Source of the DNA: Candidatus Scalinduaceae bacterium
GTDB lineage: Bacteria > Planctomycetota > Brocadiia > Brocadiales > Scalinduaceae
Direction of reading: 5' to 3'
Assembly (NCBI GenBank): GCA_046759445.1
Contig: JBHICG010000002.1
Span: forward strand, 52,763-116,762
Length of the DNA stretch: 64,000 nucleotides
Position 1 is the first letter of the stretch; every line of letters starts with the position of its first letter. The notes beneath the pieces are model-generated. The model did not search any database and was not told the origin of the DNA. It saw nothing but the letters and a program-made list of their open reading frames with translations. Made by a program: the position numbers and the translations under genes. Positions 1 to 9,203 of this stretch are shown here, piece after piece.

Positions 1-2
1 TG

Positions 3-230
3 CATACAAAAGGAATCCATTATGACGAACTTATCTTTAATGATAGAAAGCATGATATAGATGTCAATTTCGACTACTTTATAGAGGATTGTTGGGAATA
101 TTCGATAAAGCTGGCTGAAAAAGGCATAAAAGTTATCTTATACGACTATCCTTGGAACAGAAACAAAGGAACCTCCCCTAATATTTTAAGATTTAAAAAT
201 TGGAATGAAATCCTAATTTTTTTAACATAG
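3..230 (+). CDS. HAD-family 5'(3')-nucleotidase-like protein, C-terminal part (5' end outside window)
   Basis: Manual translation, frame 3: ...DYFIEDCWEYSIKLAEKGIKVILYDYPWNRN...RFKNWNEILIFLT*. The IED, PWN and NW.EI motifs are typical of NT5C-like HAD proteins. Not in ORF track. Confidence 0.65.
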   Translation, partial: HTKGIHYDELIFNDRKHDIDVNFDYFIEDCWEYSIKLAEKGIKVILYDYPWNRNKGTSPNILRFKNWNEILIFLT

Positions 231-571
231 GTACTATTTCTACGTTGTCCTAACTGTCTTCAAGCCCTGGGGAAAAATGGACAAATCCTATTTTTTTTAA
301 CAAATGATTCAAATGCTAAATATTTAAGCATTGCAAAGATCGCAGTTACAGTGTTGGTATACCATATTACCCAAAAGAGGATAATAACGATATAAGAAAA
401 CATTTATTGTGTCTCTTCCTATAAATTTGATTTAAATCTATTACAACCCTCATTTCGTTGTATACTTATTTCTTTACAATCCCAATACTACTTACGCCTT
501 GCTTTTTCAGTTTTTTCTTTGTACATTCAAGCACTTTAATTAAGGTTATAGAATTTACGTAACGTTAAATA

Positions 572-1468
572 ATGTATAAAGTAAAAGACCTACCTAAACT
601 TATTTCCAGAAAAAAAAATTCACACAAAGGAAATTATGGTCGCGTATTGGTTCTCGCTGGTTCTCCTGGCATGACGGGTGCTGCGTACCTTTGCTCGAAA
701 GCCGCATTGAGGAGCGGTTCAGGTTTGGTTACGTTGGGTATACCTGAAAGCCTGAATCTCGTAATGGAAACCAAACTGACATGCGTGATGACATATCCAC
801 TACCAGAAACGAAGGTGCTCACATTATCTAATAAGGGTCGAGAAGAAATCCTGGAGCTATGTAATAAACACGATGTTGTAGCATTAGGTCCCGGTCTTTC
901 ACAACAAGCAGAGACAAAAAAGCTAGTCCACTGGTTAATAAAAACAATAGACCGCACCATTGTGATTGATGCTGATGGGATTAATGCGCTTGTCGGTAAT
1001 ATTAATATATTGTACAAGATAAAAAGAAACGTCATAATCACACCACATCCCGGAGAGATGTCACGTTTATTAGACCTTGGTTCGGCAAAGGATGTACAAA
1101 AAAAAAGACTTAGCATTGCAACAGAGTTTGTTCAATCAATGCATAAAAGATTAGGAAAAGAAAAGGGCATAACCTTAGTCTTAAAAGGGGATAAGACAAT
1201 AGTTGCAGATTACGAAAAGATATACATAAATCAAACAGGTAATCCCGGAATGGCAACTGCTGGCACTGGGGACGTCCTTACGGGAATTATCGTATCCCTG
1301 ATCGGTCAGGGGTTAAGTGAATTTAATGCCTCCCAGCTTGGCGTGTACGTCCATGGTCTTGCAGGTGATATAGCATCGAAGGAAAAAGGAGAGACATCAA
1401 TGATTGCTTCTGATATTCTAGACTCTTTACCTGCTGCATTTTTAAGATACGAAAAGAGGTGTAGGTAA
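572..1468 (+). CDS. nnrD: ADP-dependent NAD(P)H-hydrate dehydratase (YjeF C-terminal domain)
   Basis: HKGNYGRVLVLAGS, GPGL, VIDADG, TPHPGEM and GMATAGTGDVLTG motifs. Confidence 0.92.
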   Translation: MYKVKDLPKLISRKKNSHKGNYGRVLVLAGSPGMTGAAYLCSKAALRSGSGLVTLGIPESLNLVMETKLTCVMTYPLPETKVLTLSNKGREEILELCNKHDVVALGPGLSQQAETKKLVHWLIKTIDRTIVIDADGINALVGNINILYKIKRNVIITPHPGEMSRLLDLGSAKDVQKKRLSIATEFVQSMHKRLGKEKGITLVLKGDKTIVADYEKIYINQTGNPGMATAGTGDVLTGIIVSLIGQGLSEFNASQLGVYVHGLAGDIASKEKGETSMIASDILDSLPAAFLRYEKRCR

Positions 1469-1854
1469 TGGCTCTATCAATCGAACAACTTGAATCATGG
1501 GAAAAAGAGGCGCGTATTCACCTTGACAAGCTTCATGAAGTAGATGAGATGATCAAGAGAAAATTAGTAGACAAGAACCTTGCCAGGCGGATGGGAACCG
1601 TTGCAGAGGATAATATACAGATACTAATTTCAAAACTAAGGAACTCCCTGGAGGATTCAGATATATCAGAAATATGTGCCGTACTAGACAAGATCAAGAA
1701 TAAAGAATCCGATAATGAGGTGAAGGATGGATTGGAGAAGATAGCGCAAGAAAAAGGTTGCCACAAAGAGTTGATTGAGATGATTAAGGATTATGATGGT
1801 CACATACTTTTACTTGCAATGCAGGTTATAAAGAAATTACTAAAACCTGAATAA
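1468..1854 (+). CDS. hypothetical helical protein
   Basis: 128-aa ORF coupled to nnrD by a TAATG overlap; no recognised motif. Confidence 0.65.
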   Translation: MALSIEQLESWEKEARIHLDKLHEVDEMIKRKLVDKNLARRMGTVAEDNIQILISKLRNSLEDSDISEICAVLDKIKNKESDNEVKDGLEKIAQEKGCHKELIEMIKDYDGHILLLAMQVIKKLLKPE

Positions 1855-2067
1855 AATATTTAACCACAGAGAACACCGAGAGCACAGAGATACTTTATTG
1901 AAAGGATTAACAGGATTCAGACTGGACATTTGCGGACAGAGACCGCATCACCTCCCAATAGACGACCTTTGTTTAATACTAAAACTCCCTTGCCAAAACC
2001 TATGGCTGATTGAAACTCTACCGTCCACAAACCATCATACATTTTTATTTCCTCCATTTTACAGATT

Positions 2068-2901
2068 TCAATTTTCCAGTTTATTAACAAATCTCTTAAT
2101 CACTTCAAAATATTCCTCACCACCCACTATATAAGTATCGTTATGCGTGGCGCCAGGAATTGTATAGAATTCCTTTGGTTCATTGGCTGCCTCGTATAAA
2201 GTCTTTCCCTGTTCGATTGGTACAAGTTCATCTCTGTCTCCATGAAGGATAAGGACAGGTACTTTTACGTCCCTTATCTTCGTAATACAATCATATTTTG
2301 CCTGTAGGATATAGCCTACTGGTATGTAAGGAAAAAGGGTCCTTGCAAGTTCTTTCATAGACGTAAAAGGAGTTTCAAGAATCAGACCACAGCATTTTTC
2401 CTTTATGGCAAGATCAACGGCTACTGCGCTACCGAGGGAGCGGCCAAAAAACACAATCTTTTCATGATCTACGTCCCTTCTCGAAAGTAGATACTCAAGG
2501 GCTGCATTAGCATCAGTATATGTTCCCTGTTCAGATACCTTGCCCTCACTCTTACCATACTGCCGATAATCAAAGATAAAGATATTTAAGGGCACTCTGT
2601 CGTATAGCATCTTTATGTTTTCGAGTCTATGGCTTATGTTTCCTGCATTGCCGTGAAACCACAGGAGTGTATGCAGATTGTTAGCAGTTAGAATTTCTGT
2701 TTTACCCGGGATAAACCATCCGTTAAGCTTCAGTCCATCTTCGGTATTGAACGTGACATCATCATATTCAATACCCCAATCATCAGGTGTTGAATATACG
2801 TCTTTGTCCGGGTAGAAAATGAATTGATTTTCTATGAAGTCAGCACAACCCATTATAAATAATGTAGTGAAAACTAAGGATATTACATATTTCTTTACCA
2901 T
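2068..2901 (-). CDS. alpha/beta hydrolase (ABHD13/BEM46-like), probably exported
   Basis: FHGNAGN, DYRQYGKSEG, GRSLG nucleophile, HGDRDELVP, GATHND; hydrophobic N-terminus ending in GC. Confidence 0.9.
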   Translation of the reverse strand: MVKKYVISLVFTTLFIMGCADFIENQFIFYPDKDVYSTPDDWGIEYDDVTFNTEDGLKLNGWFIPGKTEILTANNLHTLLWFHGNAGNISHRLENIKMLYDRVPLNIFIFDYRQYGKSEGKVSEQGTYTDANAALEYLLSRRDVDHEKIVFFGRSLGSAVAVDLAIKEKCCGLILETPFTSMKELARTLFPYIPVGYILQAKYDCITKIRDVKVPVLILHGDRDELVPIEQGKTLYEAANEPKEFYTIPGATHNDTYIVGGEEYFEVIKRFVNKLEN

Positions 2902-2996
2902 TGTAATTAATACAGTTCATGAACTATGTTGTTGATTCCACATTACTATTCTTTTTCTGTGGATTTTTTAGTGGTGTTTTCATTGATAAGGACAAT

Positions 2997-3260
2997 TTAT
3001 GTTTCCCTTTGAGTTCCTTGTTTAATATGATATGTAATTTTGTTTTTATACATAAAAGGGTCTGTAGAAAAGCATAGATGAACATACTTTATCTTATTTC
3101 TATATTTTGGTATTTCTTTGTCCAGAAGCTCTAAAGCATTGGAAACAATCTTAGGTTGACACCATTCTTTATTACTCATTATTTTTGTATATGCACTTGC
3201 ATATTCCTTAATGATCTCTAATTTAATCTCGGACCAGATTCCTATTTGGTCAAGTTTCAT
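2997..3260 (-). pseudogene. chimeric remnant: TcmP-like N-terminus fused to a radical-SAM-like internal fragment
   Basis: MKLDQIGIWSEIKLEIIKEYASAY resembles the TcmP N-terminus; PKIVSNALELLDKEIPKY...VHLCFSTDPFMY resembles the radical SAM partner; only 87 aa. Confidence 0.55.
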
Positions 3261-3314
3261 TACTATTTTGTTTATAGATTACTTATTTTTATCTTTTAAG
3301 CAAGGCTTGATCCT

Positions 3315-3330
3315 TTTTTAACGGTCGCTG
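3315..3330. repeat. 16-bp direct repeat TTTTTAACGGTCGYTG, copy 1 (others at 7549-7564 and 9495-9510)
   Basis: Read directly; copies 1 and 3 are identical, copy 2 has one mismatch. Confidence 0.8.
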
Positions 3331-3386
3331 GTATTATTATTTTGCAACTCTAAAATGGAATAATTTTCCAATTTCATTTTGATCGT

Positions 3387-4988
3387 CTAAATCATCAAGC
3401 TATTGTAATACTTTTTTCTGTATTTCTGAAGAATAAAGCTATCCTTGCATGCTGAGCAGTTCTTTTGTGGAAGGGGTGAAAATTTTATCCAATGGTTGGG
3501 TCTAGAAAAGAGGTCATGATCTATGTAAGTGACATCTCCCTTTAGCGCTCTATCAGGAAAGATGCGTTCTTTAAGAATTTCTCCTCCAATGAGTATTCCG
3601 GGAAGAACCGCTGCAAAAGGTATTGGAACTATCAAAGAAGCCTGTCCCTCAAAACTCATTTGGCCGCAATGTAAAGATACCCAATCTGTAAAACGTTCTC
3701 CTAAAGATGGTAATGGAAATCCTAACCTACATTGGACTTCTTGCATTTGAGATATATGCCAGTCCTTAAAATATCCGTTATTATTACGCAATGTTTTTAC
3801 TTCTTCGTATGGGAGTCCTATGAAATTTGCTAAATCTCTGTCTGGATCCTGCTTATTGTTATTTTGCAAGCAAACATGACAAGCAGTTAGACCCATTTCT
3901 ACCCTTTTTACATAGAACCCTCTTTCTGCCACACCAGCATCAAATATAATTCTAGGAAGGTCCCACTGAATTGCTTGTCGAGTTTCTAGGTTGTCAACGG
4001 TTGAAATAAGTAAATCGAAAGAATCGTACTTAGTGATCTTTGAGAACTCTAAATAAGTCTTTTTATAAGCATCAATTTCAAGGTTCGGAAATTGATCAAA
4101 TAGTTTTCGTATTAGGTGGACTTTTGGCACTTTTTCCTTTGCATCTTTTCTGATGGCATATATATAACGATTAAGATTTGACAAGGTCACTTCATCTGGG
4201 TCTACCAAAACTACTTTACCTTGTAACTCAGGCAGACATACAAGGCAATATAGACAAGCACCCCCTCCAGCGCCAACTCCAACTGTAAATACTTGCCCGA
4301 GATCAATAGTTTTAGGTAAAGTAGGGTTATCAGCATTTAACTTAATTTGTTCGTACGAAAAGAGAGAAAAGTGTATTTCGTCTTCAAGTAAATTCATTCT
4401 GGGTAGTTCGCTTGATTTAATACCTAAAGTTGTACCTTTATATTCTAAGACTCTTTTGAATATTTCGCTTACCGCCCAACAAGCAGTTGCCATAGCTCCT
4501 ATTGGATTGAAGTTCGATGAAAATTCTCTGTCGTCACTTTTAGCCACTAGATGTACAAACCAACCGTCAGATGAGATTGAGACCATGTTAGGATGCCTTA
4601 TACCTGTTTTTCCTATACCTATTAGTACTAATGGCTCACAAGATAAAGAAGGCAAAATTCGAAGATTAACCCCGGTGGATATAATAGAAGAAAAATGGGT
4701 AACGGCTTCAGTTAGACTAGTATTATTTACTAAAGGGATAGGGGTTATAAGTCTAGAATTTCGTTCAAAGATTACATAAATTTCTGTAATAATTGGATGA
4801 AGTCGTAATAAAAGGTTAAGAACTGTAAAGAAAGTAAGTTGACCATTTGGATTAACAGAAGCTTCTTTTCCTAATATTACTATTATAGGCGCAGGCACCT
4901 TAGCCCATCTATGAACTTCTTGTGGGGAAGATGGCATGAGCTGCCTAAGAAGTGTCATCGTCCTTAAGCACTCCTGTTCAGATTTCAT
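3387..4988 (-). CDS. E1-like ubiquitin-activating (ThiF/MoeB family) protein with N-terminal extension, BilD-like
   Basis: VGVGAGGG, DPDEVTLSNLNRY, STVDNLETR, Zn pairs CHVC and CSAC, candidate catalytic Cys in LHCGQ; about 230-aa N-terminal region resembling an inactive adenylation domain. Confidence 0.88.
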   Translation of the reverse strand: MKSEQECLRTMTLLRQLMPSSPQEVHRWAKVPAPIIVILGKEASVNPNGQLTFFTVLNLLLRLHPIITEIYVIFERNSRLITPIPLVNNTSLTEAVTHFSSIISTGVNLRILPSLSCEPLVLIGIGKTGIRHPNMVSISSDGWFVHLVAKSDDREFSSNFNPIGAMATACWAVSEIFKRVLEYKGTTLGIKSSELPRMNLLEDEIHFSLFSYEQIKLNADNPTLPKTIDLGQVFTVGVGAGGGACLYCLVCLPELQGKVVLVDPDEVTLSNLNRYIYAIRKDAKEKVPKVHLIRKLFDQFPNLEIDAYKKTYLEFSKITKYDSFDLLISTVDNLETRQAIQWDLPRIIFDAGVAERGFYVKRVEMGLTACHVCLQNNNKQDPDRDLANFIGLPYEEVKTLRNNNGYFKDWHISQMQEVQCRLGFPLPSLGERFTDWVSLHCGQMSFEGQASLIVPIPFAAVLPGILIGGEILKERIFPDRALKGDVTYIDHDLFSRPNHWIKFSPLPQKNCSACKDSFILQKYRKKYYNSLMI

Positions 4989-5479
4989 ATTCGAATCTCC
5001 AAAGGTAAGATAATGAATCTTTTCTGGATTTCCTTAACAGGCAATTTTCTCCACCATAGTTTTCCTTGGTACTCGTAAATATAACAATTCTTTGAAAGTT
5101 CCATTCCTGAAAGACAATAGTTCCATACAACTATTGAGATGTAGCCAATATGAAAACTCACTGGATGCCTTTCATCACCTGTTGAATGTTCTACCTGGTT
5201 TGGGTGACTATGAACTTGCGCTAGTAAGGTTAAACTATGCCTTGAAAGCTTAGTTACAAGTCTTATCAAATCGTTTTGCTCGAGAGAAACTCCCTCTCCC
5301 CACTCAGAACCCCCAACAAACATAGTGGTTATAATAGAAGATTCTTGTGCTCTTTTACCAGCCCAAAGTACAAGACCTTCTTTACCGATTTCCCCCTTTA
5401 GTTTTAAATACGCTTCTGTGCCAGATATTATCTTATGAGAGATATAGAATTTATTAGCTATGGCGGTAACTAACTTCAT
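4985..5479 (-). CDS. JAB/MPN+ metallopeptidase (deubiquitinase-like), BilC-like
   Basis: EGLVLWAG...QVHSHP...STGD JAMM motif; overlaps both neighbours (ATGA). Confidence 0.88.
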   Translation of the reverse strand: MKLVTAIANKFYISHKIISGTEAYLKLKGEIGKEGLVLWAGKRAQESSIITTMFVGGSEWGEGVSLEQNDLIRLVTKLSRHSLTLLAQVHSHPNQVEHSTGDERHPVSFHIGYISIVVWNYCLSGMELSKNCYIYEYQGKLWWRKLPVKEIQKRFIILPLEIRI

Positions 5480-5904
5480 TGATAAGCTTTGTCCATTTCA
5501 ACTTGAATATCTTCTAATACCTTAGATAATAAATATTTCTTTACATTCCAAGTATAGTTAGTATGTAGAATCTCATGAAACTCTCTAATGCCTGGAATAC
5601 ACAACTGTGGTGGATTACGCCCCAGCGCAGCCTGAAAGGCTGATCCTAGTTTTGGCCAGAATTGCTTCCCTTCTTGCCTAGTCTGTGGATCAACAAAAGT
5701 AAAAGCAGGAGCTCTTTGTGGGTATCCCTCGTAATATAAGCGTGCCATAAATTTTAAGGTTGGACTCTTTTTAGGATACATAAGTACATATACATATAAC
5801 CCCTCTGGTGTTACCTTCCATCCGTGATAAATAAACAGGTTATTATGCGCTTGGAGACAATCTAATTGTTCTTGAATTTTGTGACTAATAACTTCACTTT
5901 CCAT
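5476..5904 (-). CDS. E2-like protein of the CEHH metal-binding type, BilB-like
   Basis: YPQRAPAFTFVDP (UBC-like YPxxPP core) and LCIPGIREFHEILH, matching the CxxxxxE(Y/F)H..H signature. Confidence 0.8.
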   Translation of the reverse strand: MESEVISHKIQEQLDCLQAHNNLFIYHGWKVTPEGLYVYVLMYPKKSPTLKFMARLYYEGYPQRAPAFTFVDPQTRQEGKQFWPKLGSAFQAALGRNPPQLCIPGIREFHEILHTNYTWNVKKYLLSKVLEDIQVEMDKAYQ

Positions 5905-6158
5905 TAGATCACCACTGCACCAAGAGGGGTTAGAATAAGCGTAGCACCGTTTGGCACATTTGATTCGCCGATAGTATCATCCTCAGACAGGGGATTACCA
6001 TTGAATATTAAACGATAGTTGTCCGCTTGTGACGGATCGATCCCCAACTTAGCCATAGTAGATACTTTCAAAGCTCGAATAGGTTGGTTCGTATTTACCT
6101 CAACTTCTAAAGGCTGTTCTGTTGCCGCAGATTCAATTGTTAGTATAAGTTTTTCCAT
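5904..6158 (-). CDS. single-domain ubiquitin-like (beta-grasp) protein, DUF2604/BilA-like
   Basis: YRLIFNGNPLSEDDTIGESNVPNGATLILT resembles ubiquitin [35 protein letters not shown] RBS upstream. Confidence 0.88.
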   Translation of the reverse strand: MEKLILTIESAATEQPLEVEVNTNQPIRALKVSTMAKLGIDPSQADNYRLIFNGNPLSEDDTIGESNVPNGATLILTPLGAVVI

Positions 6159-6236
6159 TGCATTTCCTCCTATTTAACTTAAATTAAAAATTTTTAATTT
6201 TTCATTAATCACGAGATAGAACTTGAAAATATAGTA

Positions 6237-6334
6237 GTTAATAAATATTTAACCATAGCTTAACGTACCTGTCAAGGGAAAAATTTACTAATAGTTAATT
6301 ATTTATTGACCTATCTTTCACAACTCGTTATACT
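6237..6334. promoter_or_regulatory. divergent promoter region with two 17-bp imperfect palindromes (candidate XRE operators)
   Basis: GTTAA-N7-TTAAC at 6237-6253 and GTTAA-N7-TTGAC at 6294-6310; plus-strand TTGACC(6306)-N17-TATACT(6329); minus-strand TTGACA at 6275-6270. Confidence 0.6.
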
Positions 6335-6362
6335 TTATGCAATTAAGGAGACCTAATAAATA

Positions 6363-6710
6363 ATGGAAGACCAACTTGCCAAACGAATTGGACATCGCAT
6401 AAAGAGCAAAAGAATTGAACGCAATATAAATCAAAACAAATTGGCTGAGAAGGTAGGTATAAGTCCCGCAGCAATAAACCAGTTTGAGAAAGGAGAAAAG
6501 AAACCATCGTCCGATGTACTCACTAGGATCGCAAAAGAATTAAGTGTCTCCACTGACAGTCTTCTTACTGAAAAGGGGGATGAAATTTTCGTAGATGAAG
6601 AGGTTAAAATAGCTTTTAGAGCATTCAAAAAGTTGGAAAAAGGGGATAGAGACATAATCGTAAAGAATATACAATTTCTTAAAGAACAAGCGAAAAGAAA
6701 AGGAAAATGA
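6363..6710 (+). CDS. XRE-family HTH transcriptional regulator (CapH-like)
   Basis: RIKSKRIERNINQNKLAEKVGISPAAINQFEKGEKKPS HTH_3 pattern; AAGGAG RBS. Confidence 0.9.
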   Translation: MEDQLAKRIGHRIKSKRIERNINQNKLAEKVGISPAAINQFEKGEKKPSSDVLTRIAKELSVSTDSLLTEKGDEIFVDEEVKIAFRAFKKLEKGDRDIIVKNIQFLKEQAKRKGK

Positions 6711-7486
6711 ACATAGCAAAACTTTACGCAAAAGATCTTCTCATAGAATTTGAGAACTTATCTTTACCTATAAATCCAAAGAAAATTGCTGAGGCTAAAG
6801 GGATTATAATTAAAGAAGATGATCTAGAAGGCTTTAGTGGTATGTTGCTTAAGGTAGGCAAAAGAACTCTTATTAGCGTTAAAAGAAGCATAAGAGAAAG
6901 AGGGAAAAAGAGATTCACACTAGCCCATGAACTAGGGCATTATCTTTTGACTAAACACTTAACACCTTCAGATATCTCATTTGAATGTACTGATGAAGAC
7001 ATACATCATTTCGGAGAAAAAGATAATAAAGAGTCAGACGTGAATGCATTTGCAGCAGAGTTACTTATGCCAGAAGAATTTTTCAGAGAAAGAATTAGGT
7101 TAAGCGATCTTACTTATGAACTGATAGATAGTCTTACAAAAGATTTTGATACCACACTTACGGCTACTGGTAGAAGATTTGTGGAACTTAGTTCTTCATA
7201 TGCATTAGTTTGTTCTCAAAATTCTAAAATAAAGTGGTTCCTTAAGGGAGAAGATTTTCCTTATTATTTGTACTCTTCAGGTACCGTAAGCGAATCTTCG
7301 GTTGCCATAGATTTTTACTAGAGAAAAAAATTACCTACTTGTTTTGAATTGGTACCTGCAAACGCTTGGATTGATGACAACAGAATAGAGGACATGGAAA
7401 TCTTGGAAATGGCTATACCACTTCCATACTATAATCAGGTTTTAAGTTTTTTAAGCATTGATAATTCCAATGAAGATAATGACTAG
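6707..7486 (+). pseudogene. ImmA/IrrE metallopeptidase (CapP-like) interrupted by an in-frame TAG at 7319-7321
   Basis: RFTLAHELGH, FEC and ESDVNAFAAELLMP; the same frame continues 54 codons past the TAG (RKKLPTCFELVPANAWIDD...YNQVLSFLSI...) to TAG at 7484-7486. Confidence 0.8.
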
Positions 7487-7750
7487 TAGACCCAAGTCAG
7501 ACTTCTACTGATAAATTGCCTAAAATCGGCCAATTAAGCATAATACATTTTTTAACGGTCGTTGTCCCTAGTTTGTATAAACTTATAGAAAGGCTAATAA
7601 ACCTCTGTTTCACTTGTCTATCGTATGATGGACATGTATAATTTGATGAGTTATGGGGTAAGAATGCTACAAAGCAAAAAACTTGACTCGTTATTCCAAT
7701 GGTGATAAAATCTTTAATACTTTCCTTAAAGTTCACCCACTAGACCTATC

Positions 7751-9202
7751 ATGTCTATCCTTAACAAAGCAGAAATAGTAAATATTAAAAATGAAGATGA
7801 TTGGATGGATGTTTTGTCTTCATGCGAAGGCCATTTATCAATAAAAGACTACCCCAAGATATCTGAATATTTATCGAATAATATCAAGACAGTATTTATT
7901 GAAAAAGATTATATTGATAAAGATTTTCGAGATACATTTTATAACTTCTATTCAAAAAAATTCGCAGATTACCCCAACAAGGCTATTAGACTTCACTTTT
8001 TTACTACCCTTATTAGCAACGATGACATTTATGATTTAGACAAGTATCAAAACCATTATGTTGGTTTTATAGTTATAAGGCCTACAAGAATTAACACAAT
8101 AGGTAGAACTATTTTAGATCCTTCTAAAATATCAAAAGCAGGCGGATATATTTGCTCTACAGATTATAAAGTCCATATTCTTGGTGCAGAATTAAATGTT
8201 AATGGGTTTCCTTACATAAGCCAAGACACAGACGTTACTGTTTGTGCTCATGCCGCTTGTTGGATGGTTTTTAGATATTTCAGTGAAAGATATCCAACTT
8301 ATGCAGAGATTTTACCGTTTAAGATTTCCCAATTAACAGAAAACCTTTCTTATGGCAGACTTGTTCCATCAAAGGGGTTATACCTTTCTCAAGTTGCAGA
8401 AATATTTTCAAAGTTCGGATTTTATCCTGAAATTTATATTAAAGCTCAGTATCAAGATAATTTTGACAGGCTACTTTATTACTATATTGAATCGGGTTTG
8501 CCAGTAGTTGCTGGACTTAGCAGACATAATCATGCAATAACAATCTTGGGCCATCTTTCTAATTATGAAAGATCTGTTTCAAATAACAGTGTAGAATATG
8601 TTGATGGTCTTATAATTAATGATAATAATCATCTCCCTTACCAAAAACTTTTAAGAAGTAATCTTAAAAAAGAAGGTTACTGTTCAAAGTATCACTTTGA
8701 AGATATAGATAGCTTTATCGTTCCCCTGTATGAAAAAATTTACTTTTCTGCCGAATATGTTGATGCTATGGCGGAAGCTTTGTTAGATGACACACATTTT
8801 GGTATTAACGCTTTGTCTCAGCTTGTAAAGAAAAACAACATTATAAAAAGAATATTTCTTACATCTTCTAAGTCCTATAAAATACAAAGAAGAAAACAAA
8901 ATTTACCTTTTAATCTGTCATCGACATACTGTGGAATGAATATGCCAAAGTTTATTTGGGTATGTGAATTATCCACCTCAGAATTTTACTCAAAAGGTGA
9001 AATTATAGGTGAAATTATTTTTGATGCTACAGCAAACCATATTGATACATTCTGTTTTTTGGTTATACATTACCCAGACTTTATAGTATTTAATGATAGA
9101 AATTATTTGACTTATAATCCAGAAAGGTTTATAAAGGGCACACTTAAAACAAAAGATTTGCTATCATATCAATTATATAAAAATAATCTAAAGGAGATAT
9201 GA
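7751..9202 (+). CDS. hypothetical protein with papain/C39-like Cys-His-Asp/Asn motifs
   Basis: SQDTDVTVCAHAACW, HAITILG and IINDNN; 483-aa intact ORF. Confidence 0.6.
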   Translation: MSILNKAEIVNIKNEDDWMDVLSSCEGHLSIKDYPKISEYLSNNIKTVFIEKDYIDKDFRDTFYNFYSKKFADYPNKAIRLHFFTTLISNDDIYDLDKYQNHYVGFIVIRPTRINTIGRTILDPSKISKAGGYICSTDYKVHILGAELNVNGFPYISQDTDVTVCAHAACWMVFRYFSERYPTYAEILPFKISQLTENLSYGRLVPSKGLYLSQVAEIFSKFGFYPEIYIKAQYQDNFDRLLYYYIESGLPVVAGLSRHNHAITILGHLSNYERSVSNNSVEYVDGLIINDNNHLPYQKLLRSNLKKEGYCSKYHFEDIDSFIVPLYEKIYFSAEYVDAMAEALLDDTHFGINALSQLVKKNNIIKRIFLTSSKSYKIQRRKQNLPFNLSSTYCGMNMPKFIWVCELSTSEFYSKGEIIGEIIFDATANHIDTFCFLVIHYPDFIVFNDRNYLTYNPERFIKGTLKTKDLLSYQLYKNNLKEI

Positions 9203-9203
9203 T

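Noticed and set aside
3387..6158. ThiS/MoaD-ThiF sulfur-transfer operon or CBASS Cap2/Cap3
   Set aside because: The Ubl has no GG terminus, no cofactor-biosynthesis genes are adjacent, E1 and E2 are separate genes and no CD-NTase is present.
7319..7321. Pyrrolysine or programmed read-through of TAG
   Set aside because: No pyl genes seen and TAG terminates several intact genes in the window; a nonsense mutation or sequencing error is simpler.
7497..7736. 79-aa minus-strand ORF as an extra system component
   Set aside because: No RBS or motif, and it spans the 16-bp boundary repeat; probably spurious.
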